Source: Felis catus
Lineage: Eukaryota
DNA: 64,000 nucleotides
Direction of reading: 5' to 3'
Assembly (NCBI RefSeq): GCF_018350175.1
Contig: NC_058368.1
Coordinates: forward strand, 7,936,001 to 8,000,000
A program made the position numbers and the translations under genes. Shown in pieces: positions 27,105 through 38,800 of the stretch. The notes under the pieces are model-generated. The model was not told the DNA's origin. It saw only the letters and a program-made list of their open reading frames with translations, and did not search any database. The stretch's first letter is position 1; every line of letters begins with the position of its first letter.

Positions 27105-27900
27105 TCATCCGTTCCTTCGCTCATGAAACATTTATCGGTTGCCAAGCACTATGCCAGCTTGGAGGACAAAGAGAGAAGACACAGATAAGAGGAAGGTTGC
27201 ACTGTCTGCCCTCAGGATGAATGTGATATGATGGCAAACATGGAGTGAGAGAGCAGACCCACAGTAAGAGAGCCGTGGGAATAGGCACAGACAATCCGCA
27301 GATGGACCGATGATCACAGAACAACTCAGTAAGAGCGAAGAGAAACAGTTGTGAATAATAAAGACTGCCCCCTCTGTGCAGGAGACGAGTAAGGCTTTCT
27401 GGAGAAAGAACACCTGACTTGGGTCTTAAGGGACAGGGAGGCGTTCGATGAAGGCAAGGCACTCCAGGCAGCGGGGACACAAGAACAAAAGAAGCAGAGG
27501 GTGTTGAAGCAGCACTAGGCGTCCCAGGATCTACAAGAGCTTGGAGACGGCTAGAACTTAAGGTTCAACAGGGGAGGGCGAGCTTGGAGTTGGGGAAGTA
27601 GCGAGGGCCAGTTGTTGAGGGCCTCCTCTGTCAGACGCTTGAACTTGGGATAGGGAGCCCGTGAAGACTTGCAAACAGGGAAGTGCCAGGTTCACAGCCG
27701 CCTCTTATCCAGCTGTGCAGAAAACAGATGCAAAGAGAGAAAAAAGAGGCAGAGAGACCAGTCAGGAGATGTTCTCTGAACCCAGAAGATGACAAGAGGA
27801 CAGCGGAGGGAAGGGAGGACTTGAGGCATATGTCCCATTTACGTGCATAACCCGGACAGCCTGGTGACAGACCAGAGAAGGACGGAGGGGAGGTCACCCG
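27105..27900. mobile_element. Ancient L2 fragment
   Basis: ttcatccgttccttcgctcatgaaacatttatcggttgccaagcactatgccag start followed by a purine-rich L2-like body; boundaries approximate. Confidence 0.6.
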
Positions 27901-28175
27901 CTTCTGGTGTGGACCATGAAGCAGACGACGTAGTACGAGAGGAGGCGCTGCTCATGGAGAAAACTGATGGGACGTGGTGAGTTTGGGACTGGCCTAGAGG
28001 AAGGCCTTTCTAAGATACCTTAACATTGGAGATGGTCTACCACAACCCCTTTGTGAGCATCAGGCTCAAACGGAGATTCTGTTTTGAGCGGAGGACTCAC
28101 ATTTAAGGACCATTCCGTATTGCCAGTCAGTCATTTGATTTCGGTTGTTGGGCTGTTGTAAATAAACGGCAGTTT

Positions 28176-28608
28176 GGGGGCGCCTGGGTGGCTCAGTCGG
28201 TGGAGCATCCGACTTCAACTCAGGTCACGATCTCGCGGTCCGTGAGTTCGAGCCCCGCGTCGGGCTCTGGGCTGATGGCTCAGAGCTTGGAGCCTGTTTC
28301 AGATTCTGTGTCTCCCTCTCTCTGACCCTCCCCTGTTCATGCTCTGTCTCTGTCTCTCTCAAAAATAAACAAACATTAAAAAAAAAAAAGTTACAGGGGC
28401 ACCTGGGTGGCTCAGTCGGTTAAGCGTCCGACTTCACCTCAGGTCACGATCTCGCAGTCCGTGAGTTCGAGCCCTGCATTGGGCTCTGGGCTGAGAGCTC
28501 GGAGTCCCGAGCCTGCTTCGGATTCTGTGTCTCCCTCTCTCTCTGCCCCTCCCCCGTTCATGCTCTGTCTCTCTGTGTCTCAAAAATAAATAAACATTAA
28601 AAAAAATT
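28176..28608 (+). mobile_element. Tandem Can-SINE dimer
   Basis: Two full SINEs separated by gttaca; outer TSD aataaa(c/t)ggcagttt. Confidence 0.9.
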
Positions 28609-28886
28609 AATAAATGGCAGTTTTAATATAAGTGGAATTATTAAGTAAAATTATAAATGAGTTCCTTTTAATCTTGTTTAACCACAAAATTATCAGGCAG
28701 GCAACAGACAGTGTTGATACTTACTGATTTAAATCTGGTGGTTTTCGGTATATTTTTTATTGAAAGAAAATTAAGACGTGACCACTAACTTAGATTTTTT
28801 TTTTTTAAACCAGTATTCTATCATTTAAAATAATCATCTTTTTACCAAGTCATTAAAATTGATATAGGTGAATTAAAAAGCTTCTA

Positions 28887-29046
28887 GGGGTGCCTGGATG
28901 GCTTAGTCAGCTGAGCGTCGACTTTGGCTCAGGTCATGATCTCACGGTTCACGGGTTCGAGCCTCGTATCCGGCTCTGTGCTGACAGCTCAGCCTGGAGC
29001 CTGCTTGAGATACTGTCTCCTGCTCTGCCCCTCCCTGGCTCACATG

Positions 29047-29095
<49 letters not shown>

Positions 29096-29129
29096 AAAAA
29101 TAAATAAAAACTTAAAAAAAACAAAAAAA
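28887..29129 (+). mobile_element. Can-SINE
   Basis: Long (CT)n; TSD aaaaagctt. Confidence 0.92.
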
Positions 29130-29377
29130 GCTTACAAAACTACCCTGAACTTCGTATACACCAGATGTTCAAAGTTCTGCCATACCTCAAGCCAAGGAAC
29201 CAACTCCTCACTTTCTCTGTTAAGCTGAACTGACACGTTTTCTGAGGGGCTCTTACCATTTCTTTATGAATGTACCATACAGCAGATTCTGTATGGATCC
29301 TTCTACAGGGTTAGGAATATGGTGTGCAAAAGAACTAACTCTAATAATATTCCTCATTAGACGTTAATATAAACAAT

Positions 29378-29577
29378 GGGGCGCCTGGGTGGCTCGGTCG
29401 GTTGAGCGTCCGACTTCGGCTCAGGTCATGATCTCGCGGTCCGTGGGTTCGAGCCCCGCGTTGGGCTCTGGGCTGACGGCTCGGAGCCTGGAGCCTGCTT
29501 CGGATTCTCGGTCTCCCTCTCTCTCTGCCCCTCCCCCGCCCACGCTGTCTCTCAAAAACAAACATTAAAAAAAAAAG
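29378..29577 (+). mobile_element. Can-SINE, antisense to FLT1, about 133 nt downstream of exon 14
   Basis: Full head, body and A tail. Confidence 0.93.
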
Positions 29578-29710
29578 AAGTTGTTAATAGAAGCATGACC
29601 CAGAGCTCTGTCCGCAAGTGTTTCTCGATGTACAGAACGGAGCTGAGAGGAACGTTAAAGGAAGAAGAGAATGATGAGAAAGAGGGAATTCGAGAAAAAC
29701 AATCTCTTAC

Positions 29711-29857
29711 CGGGTTCCTGCTGTATTTGGTGGTTGTTTTTAAACCAGGTTATCTGAGGCTCTGGGACACCAGTAACATGACAGCGGAACGTGCTGGAGC
29801 TGCTGATGGCCACCGTGCGATCACTGAGGCTTGTCAGGAGGCGTGGTGCTTCCTGAT
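29711..29857 (-). CDS. FLT1: FLT1 exon 14 (147 nt, Ig-like domain 7, N-terminal half)
   Basis: (D)QEAPRLLTSLSDRTVAISSSSTFRCHVTGVPEPQITWFKNNHQIQQEP(G). Acceptor TTTCTTTATTCACTAG; donor CCG|GTAAGA; phase 1-1. Confidence 0.97.
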
Positions 29858-30402
29858 CTAGTGAATAAAGAAAGGGGGTTGTTACTACTCATTAGCTGTA
29901 TTCCTTGTTACAAATGCACATCAATACTTCACATAGAGAAGCAGCAAAACTCAACCGTCAGGTTTCCCTCACATTTTGTTTCCTAAGTTCTCCTTCTACC
30001 GTTAAACTACTGCGTCGTCTTTCTTGAATCGCTACAATCAATGGAAATTTGTTAGAATGCAGAGTAAAATCAAGAACAGAGCCCTATATTTTTAGGTTTC
30101 AGGATCAAGGTGTTTGTTTTTTTTCCGCCTGGCCAACCAGTTTTCCTTTTGTGAGAGACGCTTTTCAAAATCCTGAGGATTTTGCCTACTGTTTGAGGAG
30201 CTTAAAAAGGAAAAAGGCGATTTTGGATACAGGCTCGTAACGAATCTTTCCAGAAATCCTAGTATTCTCATGATGAGCTAATGTAATTTTGTGTGTAGTT
30301 TTTTTGATGTGTTTGTGAGGCCACGTCTGTGTTGCTCAGCTATCTGTAACCTAAATTGTAAGGTAGCAGTCCCAACAGGAGAATTGCGTGGACTTTGGAA
30401 GC

Positions 30403-30735
30403 TTTATTGATTATTTCCTTCCTTCACCCCTTCCCCAGTGCAAGCAACCGAAGGATTAATTCAAGAGGCAGAGGCAAAGGTTTGTGGTTTTTGCACTATA
30501 TAATAGTACAAGTATTGTATTTTATATTATTTTCTCTTAAAACATACAAATATGATACAATACAATTTATTTTAATAAAATGCCGACCGATATAGTACAA
30601 CAACAGGAATTTAATACATTAGGATACAATACATTACAACATTAAAATCCCACATTGGAACAGCAGCACCCCGAGGCCCCAGTGAGTACAGCGTCTCTAT
30701 GTAACAAAGTAGTCAGTCCTGCTGATGTGTATACA
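30403..30735 (-). promoter_or_regulatory. Distal intronic polyadenylation module: UGUA cluster plus AATAAA/ATTAAA hexamers
   Basis: 11 TGTA motifs on the minus strand (9 within 30507-30638); ATTAAA 30615-30610; AATAAA 30571-30566 and 30408-30403. Confidence 0.75.
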
Positions 30736-33700
30736 TTCTAGTTAGGCGAGTGCTGCATGGGTAGCTCAAGCTTCCAAGGTGAAAAGGACGAAGAAGACAA
30801 GTCCTAACCCTCCCCAATCCTCCTCCTCTCCCCCCGCCCCCCCCCCCCCCGCCCGTGTTGCAACTCCTGGAACAGAAATCAAGAGTTTTGGCGTGACTTA
30901 CGCATTCTGCGCCACTGTCTTCAATCAGACAGAGGGAGCTTTCTCTGACCCTTTTGCATTTCCTCATCTTATTGTGCTAACACTGTGAAAGCAGCCAGGG
31001 AGTAATCACAGTGCTCTAAGAAGTGACACACTGCAGTGGCCCTGATTCCCCCGTTCCTGCAGGGTTCTGCCCGGTCCCACAACCTTTCTCTTTTTGTTCC
31101 TGCAGGGAAACTCTCAGGATGAGCATTCGGTGAAGCAATTTAGAAATCTCAGGTGAAAAAGTAGATTATCACGTTAACTCGAACAGCACGTTGACCCGGC
31201 AGGGTTACTCATCTGGCGGGAGGAACAGCGTTCTCATTAAATTTTGATTTCCACGCTTCTCGCTGGTCTTTCCTCACTTTACACAACATGGGATCCGAAG
31301 GCTAAAAAGAGGGTTGAGAGGAGAGCCCTGACATAGAAACTCTTCAAGCGCAGAGTGGAATGAATGATTGCCATGGCCCTTTCCCCTTCTGTCGGTGTAT
31401 CTTTCCTAATCTCTCCTGCACCCGCCCCCCCAGGCAGAACCATTTCAACATTTCTGTGTTGGCATTCTGGGCCACCTGTCACGTGGTGTTTCCCAAAAGA
31501 AAATGCAGTCAGATAGCAACATCTTCAAGTCTGCTCACTTGTACGTGCTTGATTGTTACAGTTTCGACATTTTTCTTTCTTTTTTTTTTTTTACACAGCA
31601 AAGACTCTAAACAGATTGGTGAAACAAGACAGGATAGCGAAAAACAGGGTCATATTAACTATTTAGTCTAGTTCAGGTGGCAAGCCAAATTTGACAGATC
31701 TCGTTTAAAACTCAGACACACCTCACCGAGTTACACCTTTAATAGCTTCCCCTACCATATTTACTATTTCAACCATGCACTAAATAGGATACAGCAATCT
31801 GTCATCGCCCATAGGCCTTATTATCAAAAAGGAAGTCTGGATACAAGGCCTCCAACACCCAAATTATTACCGTAGCTACAAACTATAGCATCACCAACGC
31901 AGACAGGATTTGGCTTCCCTGACAGGTGTACTGGAAACAATGCCATGAGGATTCCTAAAGGCCCTATCTGCCCTGGACAAACTTCAGGCAAGAGAGAGGC
32001 GGCCAAAGGCTGCAGAATAAGCACACGACCCCCCATTAAACACAAAGTTCAGACAAACATATTTTTCTTTGTACCCATTTCTGAAAAAAAAAAAATGCCC
32101 TCCTCGGTGAACAGTCTCATTTTTGACCGGTTTCTTTAATGACCAGTCAACCAAGGAATCATTTTATCCATTCGCCCTTTATACCTCGTCATCTGTTTTG
32201 ACATTTCAAGTGAGAAAGGTACACTGAGCCCTTGTTCTTAAGCCTCAGTGGCTGGATGGAATGGGTAGCTGTTTTCCACAACTTAACAAAGGGAAGCTGA
32301 TCCCTGCCAACTGAGAAAATCCGAATTAACAGACTATTTCTGCTGGTTATCAACAGCCAAAGATCACTCCCCACTGGCTCTTCACTGCTCTGGCCCCAGA
32401 GATCTGCCAGGTTTTCATAAAGATCTTGTGTTCTCTTCTCCACTTGGAAGGGGGACTGAGGAACCAGCCTCACGTCCTCTACTCCAACTCAATCATTCTC
32501 CACATTCGGCTCTTTTTTCTTTCCCTTTCCCCCATTCTCCACCTCCCCTTCCTCCACACCCAAAAGAGTGACTAATACGAAACACAACCCACCCAGTTGG
32601 TCTTTCTTTCCGAAACTCTCTGGAAGGACGAATTCCACAGTGAACAATGAATTACTCGATGGAATTCTCAAGATCATCTCCTGCGAATACTAACACCCTT
32701 CCCCTCCCCGCGAAGCTCGCAACTGCAATTTCAAGGGGAAGGAAATGATCGATTCTGCACGTCTGATTTGCCATCTTTTCCAGAAGTGATATCCCTCAGC
32801 CGTTTTACTTGTGTTTTCAGCTTTAGTCCAAATCGAGTCCCCACGATCTGGGCCACTGAGGCATTGTTTCCCGAAGGAACACGCTGACTTATAATGAACA
32901 AAGACGCCAGACAAAAAGAGCCATAGGTAAAATTTCAAGATACAATTGATTATTCTTTCCTCTGGGCTGACAACTTCCAGGTTCCTAATTGTTTTCAGAG
33001 CATTTGGGGCTCCATGAAACGGGCATTCTGGGGAAATGCTATTGTTTACTCCTTCACACTTGACAAAAGCAATTCCCACGTGAAAGACAAGTTTAGCCCG
33101 TGGGACAGGGTCTGTTACCTAAAGGAGGAAACGGTCTGGTGAGTTCCCAAGCCTGAAAAGTTGTCATAATGTCACCTTCTATTGAGCTGCCCGGCCACTG
33201 TGTTCTCAGCCCCGGCTATTTTGGTCCCCGGAGGTTGTTTTCCAATAGTCCATGCAAGTCACATATCATGATCGATCATTGATGAAAACAACAGAACAAT
33301 GCATATTAAATTGGTGAAAAAATCACTTTCCCCTCAAATGCAAGCCTACAAGAGATTATAATCTCTCCTGATTTAAACACGGCTCCCTGAATTCTGTTCC
33401 TGGGATTTCGCCATTTCTTAATCCCCCCAAAAAATCCTATCACCATCTGCATACAGGGAAAGTGGACTTTGTTTGATGGGCGCATTTAGAAGAATGCATT
33501 CAACCTTCGGTTCACGAATGCCTTGATTTCCTTGATAAACGGATCGTGGTTTGTCTCTGAATGCCATCACCGAGAGAGAAGGGAGTTCTTTAAAAGAATA
33601 ACCAGGGGACAAATACTCGTAAAATGAAGCCAGGATCCACTTTTTGTCAGAGGCGGTCAGTGGCTGCTGGTCCACTCAGAGGCCCCGTGCTGACCAGTGG

Positions 33701-34445
33701 CCTGGTTACCCGGATTACGAACCGGCTGGACTCCGGTGGGCATTCTTAATTCATACTGTGATAAAGCTTTAATACCTCTGAACTACACCAACATCTTGCA
33801 CTCCTGGGGCCCATTTTAGAACTCCAGTTTAAGATTAATGTGCTTACTGTAAAAATAATAATAATAATAATAATAAAAAGCATTTTCAAATAAATAAGCA
33901 TTATAACTTGCTATCCAGGTGCCATTTACAAATCAAGAGCGGAGGAAATAGTACAAAATAAAACCAGACGGAGGTCCGACAGAGTCTCAAGTTCAACTGT
34001 ACTCGTTCTGAGCTGGAAGATTAACTTATTCACGTCCATCTTTGGCAGAAACCAGCGCACGTGTTTAAATTATTCAGTTTGCGTAGCTTCGACACTTAAA
34101 AATACAAAGAGGCTGGCATCAGAGTGGGAAGAAAGGATCAGTCCCAGGTTGTTGTTTATCAGGCAGGAGGAGACAGCAAAGACTGACAAAAAAACAAAAC
34201 AAAAAAAAAAAAAAAACAAAAAAAAAAACAGAGAATGCGCCGCAGGGATCCTCCAAATCCAAACGCGCACCAAGTCGGCCCCAGAGAGCAGAGCCCCTCA
34301 GCCTGAGTGGGGAGCCCCGGGCTGGGACCTTGGGAGCTCAACATCACTATCATCTCCAAACTCATTTTGGGAGGAGCATCTCCTCTGAGCCGGAAAGGTA
34401 GCAACAGTGACAATAAATCAAGATGATAGGAGACAACTGTTACTT

Positions 34446-34451
34446 TTTAAT
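34446..34451 (-). promoter_or_regulatory. Proximal intronic poly(A) signal (ATTAAA) for short sFLT1-i13
   Basis: ATTAAA a few nt after the sFLT1 stop, followed by U/GU-rich TTGATTTATTGTCACTGTTG. Confidence 0.65.
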
Positions 34452-34458
34452 GAGTCCT

Positions 34459-34553
34459 TTAATGTTTTACATTATTTTGTGTGGTACAATCATTCCGTGT
34501 GCTTTTAAATTTGGAGATCCGAGAGAAAACAGCCTTTTTGCTGCAGTGCTCAC
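34459..34553 (-). CDS. FLT1: Intron-13 read-through coding tail of soluble sFLT1-i13 (sVEGFR1)
   Basis: In-frame continuation GEHCSKKAVFSRISKFKSTRNDCTTQNNVKH-stop (TAA 34461-34459); this is the known 31-aa sFLT1 C-terminus. Confidence 0.96.
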
Positions 34554-34862
34554 CTCTAATTGTAACTTCTTTCTTCTGGAGGATTTCTTCCCCTGTGTAT
34601 ATGTTCCTGGCTCTGCAGGCATACGTGCCTGAATCTTCCAGGGAAGCATTCTTGACGGTGAGATCGAGAGTAACAGAGTATTCTTTAGTGATGGCCATTT
34701 TTTGCTTGCTGATACTGTGATGCATTGTGCGGTTTTTAACTGTCCGCAGCAAAAGCCAAGTAATGTCTCTGTATAAGAACTTGTTAACTGTGCAAGACAG
34801 TTTCAGGTCCTCTCCTTCCGTCGGCATTTTTTCCAAGTTAACGTGAAATCCGTTGGGCACGT
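34554..34862 (-). CDS. FLT1: FLT1 exon 13 (309 nt, Ig-like domain 6)
   Basis: DVPNGFHVNLEKMPTEGEDLKLSCTVNKFLYRDITW...DSGTYACRARNIYTGEEILQKKEVTIR. Acceptor TTGTTTTACAG; donor GAG|GTGAGC; phase 1-1. Confidence 0.98.
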
Positions 34863-35253
34863 CTGTAAAACAAGAACAAAGAGCTTCAGTTCGTAGAAAA
34901 CTCAAGGCGTCTCATCGGGAGACAGTCACAGATCTTAACAACCGTTCCTACACGAATTCTCTCAGCATCAGCCTTAAAAGGATGAGTATGTGTCTCTTCC
35001 TTTCTGGGGAACTGATCCGACATAGGTAAGAGCCACCTAAGGGCAGCCCATCAGAAGCGAGGCAGGAAATGCAAAGCAGGCTGATTGGGGGGGGGGGGAC
35101 ATTTTCCTTGTCTGGGGCAACAGAGTGGAATGTGTTTTACAACTTGGAATGATGACCACGTTTCCCATTTCTTTAGTCTGCACAGGACTCCTCCTGGCGA
35201 CTGGGCGAAATGGGCAAGTCGTAAAAGAGCCATTTGAACTAAAAACCAAGGAT

Positions 35254-35516
35254 GGGGGGGACTTGGGCGGCTCAGTAGGTTAAATGTCCGTCTGTAGCTC
35301 AGATCACGGTCTCATGGTTCACGAGTTCGAGTCCCGCTATTTGCACAGAGCCTGCTTCTCATCTTGTCTCCCTCTCTCTGCCCCTCCCCTGCGCGCCATC
35401 TCTCTCAAAAAATAAATATTTAAAAGCATTCCTCTCTCTTATGGTTTCTCCTCGTGCCTCTGTTTCTTTTTAACACCAAAAAAACAAAAAACAAAAAACA
35501 AAAACCACAAAAAAAA
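35254..35516 (+). mobile_element. Can-SINE with a 3' unique segment and a second A-rich tail
   Basis: Diverged SINE 35254-35425, 52-nt unique segment, then (AAAAAAC)n. Confidence 0.8.
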
Positions 35517-35618
35517 CCCAAGGGTAGTTTAATGGTCAAACTTCTCCAAAGTAAGTGAGTAAGTCCCAGGTACGTGGTAGGAGACTTGAACCATGCCAGT
35601 CAACACCACTTTAAAAAG

Positions 35619-35831
35619 TTTTTTTTCAACGTTTTTATTTATCTTTGGGACAGAGAGAGACAGAGCATGAACGGGGGAGGGGCAGAGAGAGAGGGAGACA
35701 CAGAATCTGAAGCGGGCTCCAGGCTCCGAGCCATCAGCCCAGAGCCTGACGCGGGGCTCGAACTCACGGACCGCGAGATCGTGACCTGGCTGAAGTCGGA
35801 CGCTTAACCGACTGCGCCACCCAGGCGCCCC
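35619..35831 (-). mobile_element. Young feline Can-SINE
   Basis: Flanking repeat caccactttaa. Confidence 0.95.
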
Positions 35832-38800
35832 TGCACCACTTTAAGCCTAGACTTTGCCAGTAAAAAAAACCAACTGGCCTCCCCAGTTTCCTACAATCGG
35901 ATGGATAGTACCCATCCTGCTGGGGTGCTATCTACCTTGCCTGCCCTTGGCTGGCACAGTGGGCAGAGAAGAGCCACGGCACATGCTCAGGTACCCTTTC
36001 AGGGGGACGGTCCTACTTGGACATACGAGAACAAAATGCAGTCAACTAATCTGGAAGAGCCGCCGGATGCTCCGATGGGGGAGGGGGAGAGTAATTTCTA
36101 AAAATCAAGTTTCCTCTCAAAAACGTAGGGAACACCTTCTGAGAGCTACCGTGCCATCAAAAGCCATTTCTCTCCTGTCGATCCCCAGCTAACCATCTCT
36201 GTCTCCAGCAACACCTCAGGAGCGTGCCTCCTCGGCTTCCTTAACCTTGACCTTCACTCAGCTTTTTGCGCTCAAGCTCCCTGGTCTCATTTGGGAGCAT
36301 TCCCCCCCCCCCCCCCCGGAGGATTTAAAAAAAAAAAAAAAAGAAAGAAATCATTGGTCACTGGCCCCGAACTGACCTGCTCTCAAAACCCTCCCATTGC
36401 TGGTCACTTGGTGGCATGTCTGTATTTGAGCAAAGAATTTGGGCCAACATTCTACAAAGTACTTTGAAGATGAAAAGCATTATGTTCTGCTATTATTATT
36501 ATTATCCGTTGCACACAAAGCTATAAAGAAGCCTTTAAACCTTAGGGGGACAATAGTCCCAAATTAGATATCATATCAACTCTTTCCTAAATCGGCCTTT
36601 GCTTGTTTTTCTGATTACTCTAGGCTTTGACTTTATTATAAAGTGTCACGTCTGAAGAAATGCCAAAGTATTCATTTGAAACCTGGGAGCTAACAGTGGC
36701 CTATGAAGCTGTCAGTGGCTGGAGAGGAGACCAGCAAAGGTTTTCCTGCTTTTAAAATGAAAAGCCAAGGATGGGTCAGAAGATGCCGAAGCAGCTAAGA
36801 CGCATTTTCAACATAACAATAAGGTGTCAGAAACAGCCCCTCTAACTCAGCATCTTTTTACATTTGGGACATCTTCCAAGCCTGAGGAGTAAAACGTCAG
36901 CCGTCGTGCGCACACGGGCCACAGTCGAATCATTTCTCCAAAGACCCCAGGCTTGCCATTTATGAGGTCCCGTCCTGGCGGTTAGAACCCAAGCGAGCCC
37001 AAGTAACACCACTGAGATCATGCAGAGTTTCTATTTACTTTAGTGATTTGAAACTTCCTGTGGAAATAGCTCACAGGTTTCCTGATGGAAGATTTTGTTT
37101 ATCTTTGCCAAGCACCACGAGGAATCTCAAAATAAAATGCATTTAGTGACACTGGGAAACCAGGGAGATAAGGCAGTGCTGTTCCTGCTTCGCCCCCAGT
37201 AATTGCTAACACACCCAGCCCTAGTCCCGCGGAGTGCCAACAAATGGCGAAAACACACACACGGAGGCAAAGAAAAGAACCAGCTGGGTTTTGAGGTCTG
37301 CTTCTCACACCGTTAGCGAAGTCACTCTAGTTCATGTCACCAGACAGCCTCTTAGAAACGACTCTTTCTCAGGCATTCTCTTCTGATCCATAGAAGATGA
37401 TAAGTAAAACGTCCTAACGCTAGTTAACGAATCCAGAGGGATTTTTTTCCTCTCAATTCATGTGGATTTTTTTTTTTTTTTTTTAGATGGAGTACAAAAA
37501 CAGACCCAGGAAAGAACTGCCTTCTAATGAAGCGAAAGCAGGCGACCTTCCCACACTGGCGTATCTGTTGCAGGTTTCGGCACAATCCTCGTCGGCACCA
37601 ACTAATGCATATCACATCCGTGGCATCTTATGAGATGTCATGGACAAGAATCAATCCTTGCTCGGAAGAGATATCTGATTTAGGGGTAGGTGCAAGAGTA
37701 ATCTATTTACACGGGTGTGTATTAGGGGATGGACATTTTGACTCAGTTGGATCAAACATGTGAATCAAGCTCACGAAACAGACAAGCATAGAAATGCACA
37801 GGTTGAGAGGTATAGCTTGGCAGGTCCTAATAAAGAAGGCTTTCCTTCTGCTGAAGAACAGAAAGAACATGCCCTAAGAAGTGAGCGGTTACTAGAAAGT
37901 TGTTTGTTCGTTTCAAGTAGCTACTACGGGCAAGTGAATGGCAAAGTTTAGAGCAGAAGGGGTGGGGAATTCTAAAGGCCAAGGCCAACTTGTTTTCATT
38001 AGTTTGGAAGGCAACTGTGTTAAATTGTTACTATATTTTAACGAACGGGCAACAGGACTGAAATGAGGACCAGTAAGGATCCAAATCCAGATCTTTTGAT
38101 TTAGAACAGGTGAATTTTAGACAGATCTTTTAAACCAGTGTTTGCACTAGGTTAAGTATAAACACCAAGCCAGTATGCATTCATCTTTCAGAAAATAGAC
38201 ATGGAAGGGGCAACATTCCTGAGTATTTAGCTCTATCTCTAGTTGAGAATAAATCTCATGACAAGGATTTAAGAAAGAAAAGAGTCATAATTAAAAAAAT
38301 AATGAATTATTAAAATAATTTTTAAAATGTTTTAAATAATTAAAAAAACAACGAATATAAGCAAATTATAATTACCAAAACTAGAACTTTTCAGGACTAG
38401 CAGAAAATAATTCAGAGCAATTCTATTCAGTTTAAGATTAAAGCTCTTGAATTTCTAGAGGAAAACACCGTAAGCCTCAAGTACGTACGTCTGACTTGAA
38501 TTCTCATCGCCCCTTTCTGTGGACAAGCCTGGAGATCTAGAAAGGATTTCAGCCATCCCATGGTTAAAAACTGTATAATGTGGAAGGAGTAGGAGAGAAT
38601 CTCTGTCTGCGTTCAACAGACATGCTGACCACAGACAGACACACAACAATGCAAAGTTCAGGAGGATGGGCTAGATATTGGTGTTGCAGTTGAGGCTGGT
38701 CATCAAATTAATCATTTCGGGGGACTCCGAACAACAAGGAAACGAACACAACATTCCCCTCCACTCTTGGTAACTCCTCTTCCGGTATTGCCTTCAGATC

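Larger units (their letters stand above)
30380..34458 (-). other. FLT1: 3' UTR of sFLT1-i13 (long form) within intron 13
   Basis: Follows the sFLT1 stop; its start AGGACTCATTAAAAAGTAACAGTTGTCTC resembles the recalled human sFLT1 UTR. The 3' end is inferred from AATAAA at 30408-30403. Confidence 0.7.

Noticed and set aside
9630..29710. Orthologue of human exon 15b
   Set aside because: Looked for a match to the recalled SANTAVNKKTEI tail and found none convincing by eye.
29858..34553. Absence of Can-SINEs in intron 13 as evidence of selection
   Set aside because: Longer SINE-free stretches exist elsewhere (about 35.9-45.8 kb and 47.3-59.9 kb), so it is not distinctive.
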